Origin: Balanoglossus misakiensis
Lineage: Eukaryota > Animalia > Hemichordata
Length of the DNA: 64,000 nucleotides
Assembly: GCA_040954595.2 (NCBI GenBank)
Contig: CM082598.2
Location: 3,962,607 to 4,026,606 of the forward strand
Reading direction: 5' to 3'
The notes beneath the pieces were generated by a model. That model worked only from the letters and a program-made list of their open reading frames with translations. It was not told where the DNA came from and did not search any database. Made by a program: the position numbers and the translations under genes. Positions 1 to 12,435 of the stretch are shown here, piece by piece. Positions within the stretch are counted from its first letter, which is position 1. The number at the start of each line of letters is the position of its first letter.

Positions 1-539
1 AACGGACTTGCATGTAAGGCGTCAATGTTTTGAATTTATATACTTGTGACAGTAGTTAATTGGTACCTGTGTGTACCAATATGTACAGCTAGAAATGCTA
101 GGTCACAACATACATGTATACCTGTATGTTAAATACGAAATGTAGCAAAATGCAGTCACCTTAAAGTACGTACATGAATTATGTGAGTGACGTTTCGATA
201 CAAGGTTAAAACCTAACCCATTGTCAGCAATGCAGAACTTGACAAACAATCTCCAATACAACAACCGACTATCCACAAACGTGAAGCAGCAATGCGTGAC
301 AGGTCTGGAGTGTGTACAAGGCTCGCTACAATATTGAAGATTTGAAAAAGCGAGCAGGGGGGCTGGGCCGGCACGCTGTGAACACTTGTCAACAGACCTT
401 AGAATACAAGGCCTGGTACGATATTGCCGATCTCGAAGAAGTCTCGAGTGTTTGATCCGCATATGGTGAACATTCACTGTACAGAGACTGTGACACGGTT
501 GGGATTTCAGAAGATCTGGGCGTCAGAAGATTTGTACCA

Positions 540-734
540 TGTTCACACTGAGTAAAACCTGAAACGTTTCAGAGACACTATTTGCCATATGTATAAACAC
601 AGAGGGTTAATCTTTGTGTCCTCACACACAAAGTTAAAGCGCCTCAGTCCCATAGACCACTTGAACCGTTCACACATACTATTCTATGCCAGTATTTGAG
701 CTGAGACGTTTCAGAAACACATCCCTGTGTGAAC
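540..734. mobile_element. Short dispersed repeat with inverted termini (TGTTCACAC...GTGTGAACA), MITE-like
   Basis: Terminal inverted repeats and internal inverted GAAACGTTTCAG motifs. A reverse-complement partial copy (gaaacgtctcagctcaaatactgg) lies at about 30650-30702. Confidence 0.55.
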
Positions 735-2543
735 ACCCCATTGGTCAACAAACCTGGAGTACAGGGCTTGCAACAGTATCAGGGATTCAGAAAGATATCT
801 AGAGCTTGCCCGACTGATGATAGATGAGAGGCCACCCGACAGCCAAGAGTAATGGGTGTAGTTCTCGCACCCCTAGGCACTCCCAGTACAGTCATTTGCA
901 GCCATCCGTGACAGAAAAAAGTCCCCTACCAAACTCTGTGAATGTTCAGCTCCGCTTTGAACAATGATACTCTGTATGTACACTTTACAAATTACTGTCC
1001 AACTCCTTGTGTTTCTGATCTGATCCTCCGTCCATGTTTTTGTTTAGATCGCCCTGCCAAGGCCATCGCCCTTTCATCGTAATAAACAATTCAGTTCACA
1101 AGATCTGAATGCTAAACCACTTACCACTGCAAAAGACTTTTCAGAGTGGAAACTGTTTCAGGTGAAACTTTAAATCGGACATTTTTCACTTGAAAAAGAC
1201 CATTGTACAGAGTGATTAGCTTAGGCTTTGCTTGTTAAATGTTTTTCCATTCTGATGAGCATGGTTTTAAAACTCTCTTATCAAGAGACATACTTCTACA
1301 TAAGGAGAGGGAACCATCTTGGGTGTGTTTGGAAGTAACCTTTTTACTTTTGTAGTATAAAAGTCAGTTGGTCCGACTCGATTCTCGTAAAATTCCAAAA
1401 TAACAAGTCATTCTGACAGACAATAATGCAGCACTGTTTTTTTCCAGCTGCTGAAACTGTTGTACTCTTAGAGACCATATTGAACGTTTAAAGGGAAAAT
1501 TTCCACAGTTTATTCCCACTGGAAACTGATAACATTCCTTGTGATAACCTTGGCAGCATCCGACAGTGACCTCTGACCTCCTTTATGAGGTTTAAAGGCA
1601 AAATAGTCCCACACAGCAGATTTCTGACACTAAACAGACCACTCTAAAACAGGTCTCCATTAATCTCGACACAGCAATAAAAAGTTAGACCCCAAAACTG
1701 TGCTGTTTTTGATACTGCAACTTCGCACTGAGAAAGGGCTATGAACGGCCATTGGAAACTTTTCCCCAACTCCCATACATGTGTTTGTATTCAAAACAGA
1801 AAAAGAAAATAAAACAGCGATTTGAACTGTGAAAGTAAAGTTGGTCATATGTTGAAATACAAATATTTCTATCAAGCAAGCAGATGCTACTTTTTTGAAA
1901 TCATACTTGACATATTTAACAACAACAGACAGATTTGGGACATTTTCTTTGGGAAAACTGTCCTTAACATTTACTGGTTTGTCTATCTATACTTGGTCAT
2001 AACAGCTATTATTTCTGGCAGAAAACAAATTGAAATATATCTTCCAAACTCAAACTGACTCTACTTAAATGACAATCAAGTTCAGGAGAGAAAATATTTC
2101 GCTTCTTACCTGAAATTTTTAACATGAGACTATTGACGGGTGTTACAGTTTTACAACGTTTTAATGGGTCGGTTAGCGCACTATTCCCCTAATGCACTCA
2201 CAAGCATTTAGCTTTCTTATTCACACTTTTTTTTAAATGTCTATGACAATAAACTGGAGTCAAAAAAGGGGCTCTTTCTCCCTGTTTTGTCCTTGTGGAC
2301 TATGACGTTTGAAAATCTTGTACAACAGCGGTGACCAGAACTACGCGATAAACACCGCTTGTTTTCAAACTCTTGTATGGGGAGAGCAAGAGTTCGCACC
2401 TTCTGCTGGGGCTTTCAACACAAAGACTTGTAGTGCCTAAAAGCTTTATGAATCAACAGTGGTCTCTGAAAAGATGTTAAAGGGAACACTGGCCCTGAAA
2501 AGATTCTCGGTGGGAATTGAGTTGTCATCTTTTGGGAATCCCC

Positions 2544-2652
2544 TGCTGTGATTCAGGTATACATGTACAAGAGGCTTGCTGTGATTGGTTGAAAGGAACA
2601 TTCTGTGATTCAGGTATACAAGAGGCTTGCTGTGATTGGCTGAAGGAAAATT
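2544..2652. repeat. Local tandem duplication, about 55 bp x2
   Basis: ctgtgattcaggtataca...agaggcttgctgtgattgg occurs twice head to tail. Confidence 0.85.
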
Positions 2653-5600
2653 CTACTTCCTTAATGTTTGGTCGAACGCTTCACTGTCAAGGTGACTTCG
2701 AAATATGAAAGCTTCTTCCTCATTGGTGGAAAAGGTGTATTAACAGAAAATAGCACACAAGATCTCACAGGCAGACGATGGAAAGAAAGTGACTCGCATT
2801 CCAGATTGGGGTCACGAAACTAGGTTGCAAATAAAGTGTCACTTAAATGGTAAACACATGGCACTATTTCTTTCAGATGAAGATCTTGCTACTAACAGAC
2901 ACGATGATTTGCTACATTACAATTTGGGAATGTCGAAGCCATTAAAAGCCAAGATTCCGTGGAACACGAAATTCTTGCCCGAGTGTGTGAAACTCCGTCT
3001 AACCTAGCTCTTGTGACACAGTTCAACAGATGATGCATCCATCCGTTCATTACACAAGCATACATCATTGCTTCCTAATCTACTGGAAATTATGCAATTT
3101 TTGACATTTTTCGCCGAATCCGGCTTCTCTGTGAGTGGTACTCGGTTGAGATGGGAAAGTACCCCTAGGTTTCTCTAAAAAGGTGTCAAGTCTGGTCTGA
3201 GCTCAAAAATCAATGACCTATAACGCGCATATCACAATCTGCGACGTCTGATACTATTGTTGAAGGAACGAGAACACTTTAAAGTCGCATCCTTCATTAT
3301 TCTCATCTAAAAAATGACAAGTAGGAACATCAAAGAAAAATTGGATCATTATTTTCTGTAACATAAAATTAGATTCATCACTTGAATTTCCTTATACTGG
3401 TTGTCGCAGAAATGAAAGCATAATTTTGGTTTTTGTTTCATTAATTTCTACAATCTACTTAAAATTGCATGAAATTCAATTCCTTCATGAATGTTTTATC
3501 ACCAACACACCCACAGACATGATGAATTGAATCTTTACATTTTTTCGCACAATGGTTGCTAGGTAACTACTGTCACCAAATCCGAGGCGAGACAGATATC
3601 TCGTGTGTGGCAGATAATAATTTATAACCGATCCCCCAATTATGAGAAAAATCATCTAAGTGTAACCAAATCCCAAATTTCCTTTCAATATGCATCGTAA
3701 ATTGGCTCTGTATGTTTTACGAAAATTGCTTTTACTGCTTCTGTTTTTCTCATCAGAAGTGATAAAATTAACTGCTAACAAAGACAGTTGAAAGTCTTGG
3801 GTTACCATTTAAAACTATATACTGATTTCAGTAAAAAAAATCTAACAACATTTCCACCAAAAATGTGACATTTTCCCATTTCTGGCTTGTAATTTGAGAT
3901 CTGATAAACTTAATATTATGATACAGACAAAAAAGGGGAAAAATGATAATTTTTCATATATTCCTCAATGAAACTAACAAATTAAACATCGACGGAATGG
4001 GATTCAATACAAAGATGGTGAAAGGTATACACTCCAAACTTAGATAAATTTAGATAAAAAAGAGCATACAATTGACAAACTTGGGTATATTTAGAACAAA
4101 GACACAAGAAAAGATCAAACTGACAAGTCTGGTTATATTTAGAACAGTGGCGTTGAACAGGCTGCCCTGGTTCCACAGCAGATGTAGAAATCACATTTGC
4201 ATCTATCATGAAGCCTTTTGTTTTTTTGTGTCAATTATATAAATTATTCAAGACTTGCTAATGAATGTAAATTGTCTGCCAGTGTTTGCTTTTAATCATG
4301 CAGGGTTAGATTAAAAAAGATGATGTAATGGTTACAGTGCTTTTTAAACTGCTCTGCATTGAATAAAAGATGGGCCCGCCGAACAAAAGCTTACCAAAGC
4401 CAACATGGGTTTCCCTGTCAATATTTCATTCGATTCTAGACATTTAATAAATGTTCTCTCCGTGACCCCAGCATCACTGGTAATTCTCTGATTGATACAA
4501 TTCTGTTCGTCATTTAAAATACCCTTTGTTGCTCAACGAGCTTTCCAATCATCTACTGAAATGCAATATTTCATTTTGACTGTCTTCATGAATTTTACAA
4601 AGATGGTGCTTTGACCTGGCTGTCTGTCGCATCTCTTGCTAGTTTGTGGAGATTTACTGCATATATTCTTGCTATGTCCATGTACTTAATATAAACTGTG
4701 GAACTTTTTTATTCTTGGTTAATTCTCATGAATATGCCTCATTAATGTGCCTTGTTTTGACAGTCTAACTCTCTCTATCTATCTATTTTTCTCCTGTGTG
4801 GTCAATATCTGAATAATAACAGTATGCCCAGCCTCTTCTGGTGGAAATTGATAGAGATCGCTGTTAACATGTCTGCCAGCTTTTATAACTGTATCAGTAA
4901 TTATCTATTTTAAGTATGATAACTGATCTGAATTTTAGATATGGCTGTATCAGTTGTTTGTCTCGGCAAAATTATGAAATAATATTTAAATGAGCAATCT
5001 GTTGCATTTTGCAGGGTTCTAGCAGATAGCTGTCTACAAAGGAATTTTGAAGTTTTTAACACTTTTTTGTACAATTGTCTTGATATTCTAAATGGGTCTT
5101 TTGGAACTAGCAAGATTTTCTGCAAAGTTGTAATTATTTGTGCACCAAAACAAACTGTCAGTCAATCAGGTCACTAGACAGAGCAGAAAGTCCAGAAAGT
5201 CTACAAGGCCACAGAAATCAACTTTGAACATCCAGCTGGTGGTTCTTAATCAACTTACAAGGTCATTTCCATCAGATGTAATAAGCTTGGCTGCAAAAAC
5301 AACATCCACTGGGTCAGGGAAAATATGGAGAGGTCCTTTCAAATGACTGAATGCCATCGCAAAGTATTTCCCAATATTTGAGTGACATTTTCTAGTTTGG
5401 CTTTTCCTTTTAAGTTGAAAACTACAGTGAAGGACCTTGAGAAAGTTTTTATGCAAATTCTCATGAGGAATTTCTCTGCAATTTATGACCAGTTCTGTGC
5501 GAAAACCTCCCCACAATGTATCAATCAAAATGTAAATGTCCAAAATGCCGTAATTTCGGTGGAGGCATTACCTTATTGACAAGTTTTAATTCTTTCATTG

Positions 5601-5779
5601 GGCCATTTTAATTGCACAATTAACATGCTGTAAAAATAGCTTTACGAGTGTAAAACATGTGCAGTTATGGCCGAAAAACAAGACAGTTCCACGCCTTTCT
5701 CTTCAATAATTATTGACTGCCCAAAGCAGAGCTGTGTGTACAAAGTCTGAAGTTTGTGATAGTATCAAAGCATAGTTAA

Positions 5780-5864
5780 CCCTTTCACCACCATGGTTCA
5801 GTCCAAACCCATCGTTTTCTGTGGTAAAGTTGGACCTCTAAACAGGGAACTGGGGGTGAAAGGG
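5780..5864 (+). mobile_element. 85-bp piggyBac-like MITE, family A copy
   Basis: TTAA|CCCTTTCACC...GGTGAAAGGG|TTAT. Near-identical to 31107-31191. TTAA sites with CCC/GGG termini are piggyBac hallmarks. Confidence 0.8.
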
Positions 5865-8800
5865 TTATTAAGTAAGCAGGGTTTACCAAATAAAATTTAA
5901 CTAAACCACAGTAGAAGTTGAAGCCACTGTATCTGCAAGTGGAACGCTGCATTATTTTTTTTAGGTTGTTTAGATGTAGTTATACCCCTAGGGTGTAACT
6001 TGTCAACTGAGTTTATTGTCTCGATGGCACTGAACTGGAAAATCAACTCTCCGGTACAACACTGGTTTCTCCCGGTAATAATGTCATGATCGGCCCTTTT
6101 ACACAAAACAGACTGTGTCAAGATGCTTTCCTTACTGTGATAAGCGTAAACTAACAGTTATCCTCGAAATCACGTTTCAACAGATCGTGGTAAGGCTTTT
6201 AAAGCAATAATTGGCTACAATTGTAATTTTTTGGTTGTTTAATACATAAAAACAGTACAACTGTTTATAACTTTAAAGAATTTTCCAAGGGACGAAATCA
6301 ACGCAAGTTAGCATCCTTCAAAATATGCATATCAATACAAATAGATGCACAAGTTTTAAGACTTAGACTATATTTTCCTTTTGTTTTTTACATATTTAAG
6401 CAATTTTTGTTCACACTATCATCATGCAAAGGTTTCTACTGTATTTTTCCACATTGGAAAAGAGGATTTAAACTGGAAATTGGGTCAAGAAGCCAAATAA
6501 ATCAACTGTCAACATTAATCTTCACTTTTATCTCAGAAAGACGCTGGTATAACTTGCAAAAGAATTCCAGCAAGAAATTCCAACAAATGAGTTATCAGTA
6601 CATACCAAGTGAACGAAACCTTCCTTGAGAAATGCCCCAGCAGCTGAAAGTATTCCCGGGAGCTCAATCCGGATGGCAAAATCAGACGTTTTTTCCCGGA
6701 GTCCAAAAAATCCCACTGGTTGGAAAAATCTCCTTTTGCATCAATAGCAAATGCTGGGTATAATATAAGCCTTCCTAGGATGGTACTGTTTTTGCCCGCT
6801 CTCTCGCTCGCGACCAGAACCACTCATGTTAATTAAACAGGGCACCCTAAGTAGGTGGAAATTAACAGCCGGGAACCACGTGATAGTCGCGGTTGACATC
6901 CCAACGCATCTGTACTCAAAACCCTTGCATTCGGTACATCGAGAATTTAATACCTCCCAGCCTAGTTTCAATGCTGACTAGTAATCACTTTGGAATTTTC
7001 AACCACATTGCATTCGCATCTTTACTGTATTTATACCACAATTTAATGAAAGACATCCCTGAAAGTCGCCAGGGTTTGGAAAAGTGTGGTCTCTCATTTC
7101 TAACTGAATATAAAAAGACAGATTCACAACAAACCAACATGGTTTAGGCTCCACTAGTATGTCAGATTATTGAGTTTATAACTCCCACTCTATGACGTAC
7201 AACTCTTTAAAATATTGACAGGCTCAACTTTTGAAGATGACTACATTAATTTCATTTCAATTATCGTTAGCACACTACCTTAATGGTAATTTTGACATCT
7301 TTATGTCAGAATAAATGGATACTTTCTATCTTGAAGGTTAGAACATCATTTACATCATCTCAATTTATCTCCAACAAAAAGCCAATCTAATGCGTAAGAA
7401 GCAAGACCAAACCGCAGGCACAATGTCCAAAAATATGCCAATCCATCGCCGCGGCAACGTGAAATCAAACGAAATGGATACATTAATGAAGACATGATTA
7501 ACACATACCGATTCAGAGTTCATGTTACGCCTGGTGGGACTCTTCACTCATGAAACGAACGCCATTTCACAATCTCAATAAATTAATCCTAATTTCAAAT
7601 CAATCAAGCTGGTATCCATTTATGCCATACCAGTCATGCCTACTATTAGCAAATCTATTTTCGGTATTTTTCCGACTCATCATTGAAGGATATTATTTGA
7701 GTGACAAGTCAACATCTCTTTCACAGTTCCACTCGTCGAGCACATGCAATATCAACGTCACCGGAAAAATATGCCTCGCTCTTGATATTTTCAATATTAA
7801 TACTCATCTTTTCAGTCTCCAATGTCAGATTATCTATCTAGCTTATCGGTATTAACATGTGCATCTGAATAACACACCGCAAAATTGACACTAGCGTACA
7901 ATTCAGATAAGCGCCTGCCCCCATTGTTATATTGTACATACAGCTGAATTTTTTGATGATTTGATTTGAAATCACGATAGAGCTTTCAGTGTTCATTTCT
8001 AGAGTTGACGGAATTCTCCTCTCGAATCAAAGATAGCATTACTTTGGATGATTTTACAATAAAGGTCACTTTTGTCATTTACAAATGAAATACTCAACAT
8101 CTGAATTTTTATGAATTTTATATTTAGTAAATGTAGTTCAGTGATCTCTTACCTTACTCACGGCTGAATTTCAAAGTTGTTTGAACATTCCGGACAACAA
8201 TTTCTAGTCTAAGATACCAAGACCTTTGTGTGACCCAACAATCTCTGATCTCCTTGAGACCACAATAAAGTGTCTTCCCCATTTCTTAAATTTCTCTTTC
8301 TATTAACTGCCATGCTCAAGAAATGTTACAAGGTCAAGATGTCCTTGACATGTTTTAAGAACCGCCTTGTTTTGGAAGCACAAGTTGTTGATAAAGTCTG
8401 TGACGTATCATTGCCATGGCAACACGTTTGGCCATCTGCTAACTAAGATAATGATAAGGATTACCTGAAATAATGTCATTAAATGTCCAAAACACAAAAA
8501 TACTTATTGTCTAACTGTGCTTTTTCATGTTAGCATGAGACGTCATCAGTGTTAATGAATAGATGATGATGATGAATTTGACTTTAATGGTTCCAGTCAA
8601 CACACAAGTTTTTTCATAACCTTGAATTTTCAGTTGTGACTAAAAGCTTCGTCAGCAGTTTGACCTAAACTTGACCTTGTGATTTGGGGGGCAGGTGACC
8701 TCAAGATCTAATTGAGGACTTCCTGTACCAACCATGATAATTACCCGGTATTAAAGTGATGGACAATTTTATATTCATGCGTATTTCTCTTGTGATACCT

Positions 8801-11800
8801 CTGTTTACATGTAGCTATGTTTCATATTTAGTACGTGTACGTTTTTAAAGTCTGTACTACCACCAGGACATCACTGTGCAAAGTGCAAATATTATATAGG
8901 CTTCTAGAATCTGGAAATCATCTCCTAAATGAACCCATCATGGTAGAAATGGGTTGCAAGCATTGACGCCAAACTTGAACAAAGTTTCCCAAACAAGACA
9001 ACTTTGGGGTCTCCGATCGTGACAGGAGGTGAGACCCAGGGACCACCAGTGTAGACTGGTTGCCTGGAGCTCGTCCGTCAAGTCTAAAGTACACTTAGAA
9101 AAATCCACAATTAACCAGAATACAAGAGAAACTCACAAAGGAGTGTGCACTTTACTGTTTGAATAACAAGACGCGATAATTGACATAAAACCGATGTTCC
9201 TACCTTGAAGTTCAAAACTGTCTTTTCAATGTAAAGAAACTGTTATCTTTTGAGAACCGAATAATGCACTAATTACAAGGCATTAATCAAAGAACAGAAG
9301 AATCAAAGTCTGGCCCATCAAAATGACACTCCCACAAAACACGGTTTTTATATTATTTTTTTCAAAGTTCCCCCACACTTTCGCATATCAAACACTGCTC
9401 GTGAGAATTCCATCTATTTTAAAGTTTATTTACTTAGCTTCTTTCCAAGTTCAAGCGTAACATATACAGTAGAGCTATTTTCTTTCAACACTTGTTTCCA
9501 AAACCTTCCACAAGTTTATTTTAAGCTTCATTCTTTGTGAAGATCAAAGGTTTAGAAGTTCAGAGAGAGATTTCAAGACTGTCTTTATCTATCATTGCTG
9601 TTCACTATCCTTCGCACACTTCAGACTAAACTATCAACTCTATATCGATGTATTTTGCCTCAAGAAAAAGGGAAAAAGCTGCCATTTTTTAGTGTACTAA
9701 ACAATTCACACCAATCTGCATGCCTCAAATAAGCAGTATAGTGTTTAACAAGCTTAATAGTAAAGCTAATATACTTTTACTGTTTGGAGGAAAAAATATA
9801 ACTGTCGTCAAAAGTGGCATAATTTTGCTATAAACGCATTCTTGTGACATTTCCCCAGCCATCATCACAGAACTGCATATATTATTGGGCAGTTCGGGAT
9901 ATATAATGAAAACCACATTGGCATTTCCAACACTATCCTCCAGCAAAGTTTTCCCTGCTTGGCTCTTAGCAATGGCAGTGTATTTGTTTGGATGGAGCCC
10001 TGTTTTGGTCAAATTTACATGCCTCATTAAACAAATTACTTTTAATTAATTAATTTGTGACCCCCAAGAGGAACCAACTTGACTTCAACACACCTAGGGG
10101 TGTAAGTAGTCTTGTATAACTGACTAAGAACTATAGTACCAGTATGTAAGTCCCCAAGGAAAATGGTTTTCTAAAAGAATGTACCAGGCCCCTACAGCAT
10201 TCAAGATTTGATCTGCTGTCAGTTGGGGAGAACTTTGTACCAAAAGCAATGAAAACATCTAGAATGTACATGTATGTAGTCAAATATAATGTATCACACT
10301 TCAAAACTTTCATGAACAGAACCACATGAATACTGCCCTCTCCGTCCATACTTAGCAAATCTAACAACAATGCAGTGATACTCAATGGATTATTCTACAG
10401 AAAGATAAAAGCACTCGTGAAACAGAAACAATGCACATTTTTTAATTCCTGGGAAAATTTTCCTCCAATACCAAGCTAACAGTGAGATAGTCTACTGCAG
10501 TTTTAACACCCAACACTCTTTGTTAAAATAATAGTTTTCACAAGCTGGTTTCATAGAGTCACAGGGGTGTATATCTCATTCAAACAGGTGACAAGACCTT
10601 TGTTTTGTTGCCCACCTTTGTAACTCTGACAAGAGATTTATTAATCTTCCCTCGAGCTGTCTGACACGACTAGTTCACAAATGGTGAGAGAAAAAACCAA
10701 TTCAAATTACTGGTGAGCACCAAATCTAATCTCATCTCAGATAATGTTTATTACGTTGTGCACAAATTTTATGACTTTTCACAACCAGAATATCGAAAGA
10801 AAAGTTTGGAGACAAAGTTGGGTCGTACTGAGTAAGACCGCTGGACCATGGCGATTAATGGTGGTCATTATTGGCCGGAGAGGTTTAGGGTCAGTGTGCA
10901 TCCGACGTGTGCATTACACCTGCCTTGCAAATGATCCATGGAGAGATGAACAATCCTTGCCTGTGGCTGTATGTATTGTGTACAGAAGTCATGCACTGGT
11001 TAGAGCCCCGGCTCTAGATTTACACAACAATACACTGTGATTGCTATGTACAAGTTGCAAAAACCTCCTGATATATGATGTCTGTACATTATTGAACCTT
11101 TTCACCTCTACTTCACTCTTCTGAGATCCAACTTTACCATTTGAAAGGTTGCAGTTGTTAATACACAGAAGGAAACTTTTAGTAAACTTTATCAAAAAGT
11201 TACAGCTAATGTCCCTTTAATGAACTTGTTCATCTGATATTCGGTGTTCAAGCCTTTCTCAACTTAATTCACAATTCAACAAATTTTACTTCTCACGCTG
11301 AATAGTGGAAAGTTTTGAACAAGTTTTATTACTTGCAATGAAATTTATTTGTACGGTCAGAAGACAGAAATTACAGGGACCTGGAGCCAAAAATAAATTG
11401 TTATAGCAAACTGTCTAGGTACCCGACCAGCTAGCAGGGTCAACATCTGTGCGTGATTTTGATGAATTGAGATGTGTTTGACAGCCATTTATTTGACCCA
11501 AACCCACATTCTTCTGCATGTACGATCGGCTATTAACTTCAAACAATTTTCACCTTATGCTTTGAGCTTGATGATTTATGTATCCTGGAGGGGTAACAGG
11601 GCCCCTTATCTTACTCAATATGAAACGCAGGAAAATCTACGGCACATGTGATGAAAAGAAAAATTTTAAACACGATAATTTGGGCACTTAGCAAAATCAG
11701 TCTCAGAAAGTAAACAGCACTTTTTCAAATTTAGAATTAAGACTTTTACTCTCTGCGGGCTTCAGGGCTATTCAAAATACTGTACGTTCTTTATTTCACA

Positions 11801-12379
11801 TTGCTTTTTCTTTCATTACTACCAATCATAGTCTTTTTATTACTGGATACATATTACCAGTAGCAAACTTAACTAAACAGTAAAACTTCTACTTCTAATC
11901 TGCACTCATTATCACATTGTAAAATTTAATTAACTTTAAAAACAAAGTTTACAAGGAAAAACTATTAGAATGTAAGCAATTTGTATTCCTTCTTTGCCAC
12001 TATCCAGTATGGAAAGTCATATCAGTTTATCTAAAAGGTTAAGAAAGAAGGATTTGAACATTAAGTGTTCCAGTTTAAAGCCACAAAAATTATATGCAGC
12101 TGAGAAAATAGGTAAAGCATTGCATGTTTTATGTACTCGTCTACTTCAAAACTGATAGTGGGTAAATACGTAACTGAAGGAGTGAAGTCTGGCTACAATC
12201 AAAACCCATCACAGCTGGTTCACCAAGTTTGTACATGAACATGACTGCATGCACTTGAGTTGCCGTCAAGTTTGCCCTGGACTCTTAAAACACACAGATG
12301 ATTTGTAATACGAACTGCCAAGTTCGGACCTAGACTGAATTCCAACATATACTGGCGGTCTGATTTCCAAAAACCTTAC

Positions 12380-12435
12380 CTTTTAGCACTAAACTTCTCG
12401 ATTCCCGTGGAAACGCGGTTCAGAAAACGCATCAT
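12380..12435 (-). CDS. NAV: Candidate alternative first coding exon of a short NAV isoform: MMRFLNRVSTGIEKFSAK(R)
   Basis: ATGATG start, 56 coding nt, strong AAG/gtaagg donor in phase 2 (same phase as the large-exon donor), preceded by a locally CpG-richer stretch (about 12440-12900). Confidence 0.55.

Noticed and set aside
1120-1260. Strong gtaagt donor on the minus strand in phase 2 as another first exon
   Set aside because: The phase-2 frame has no ATG before an upstream stop, and the ATG-led frame terminates before the donor.
2104-2126. ATG TTA AAA ATT TCA G/gtaaga mini-exon or recursive AG/GT site
   Set aside because: Phase 1 is incompatible with the phase-2 intron and the polypyrimidine tract is poor.
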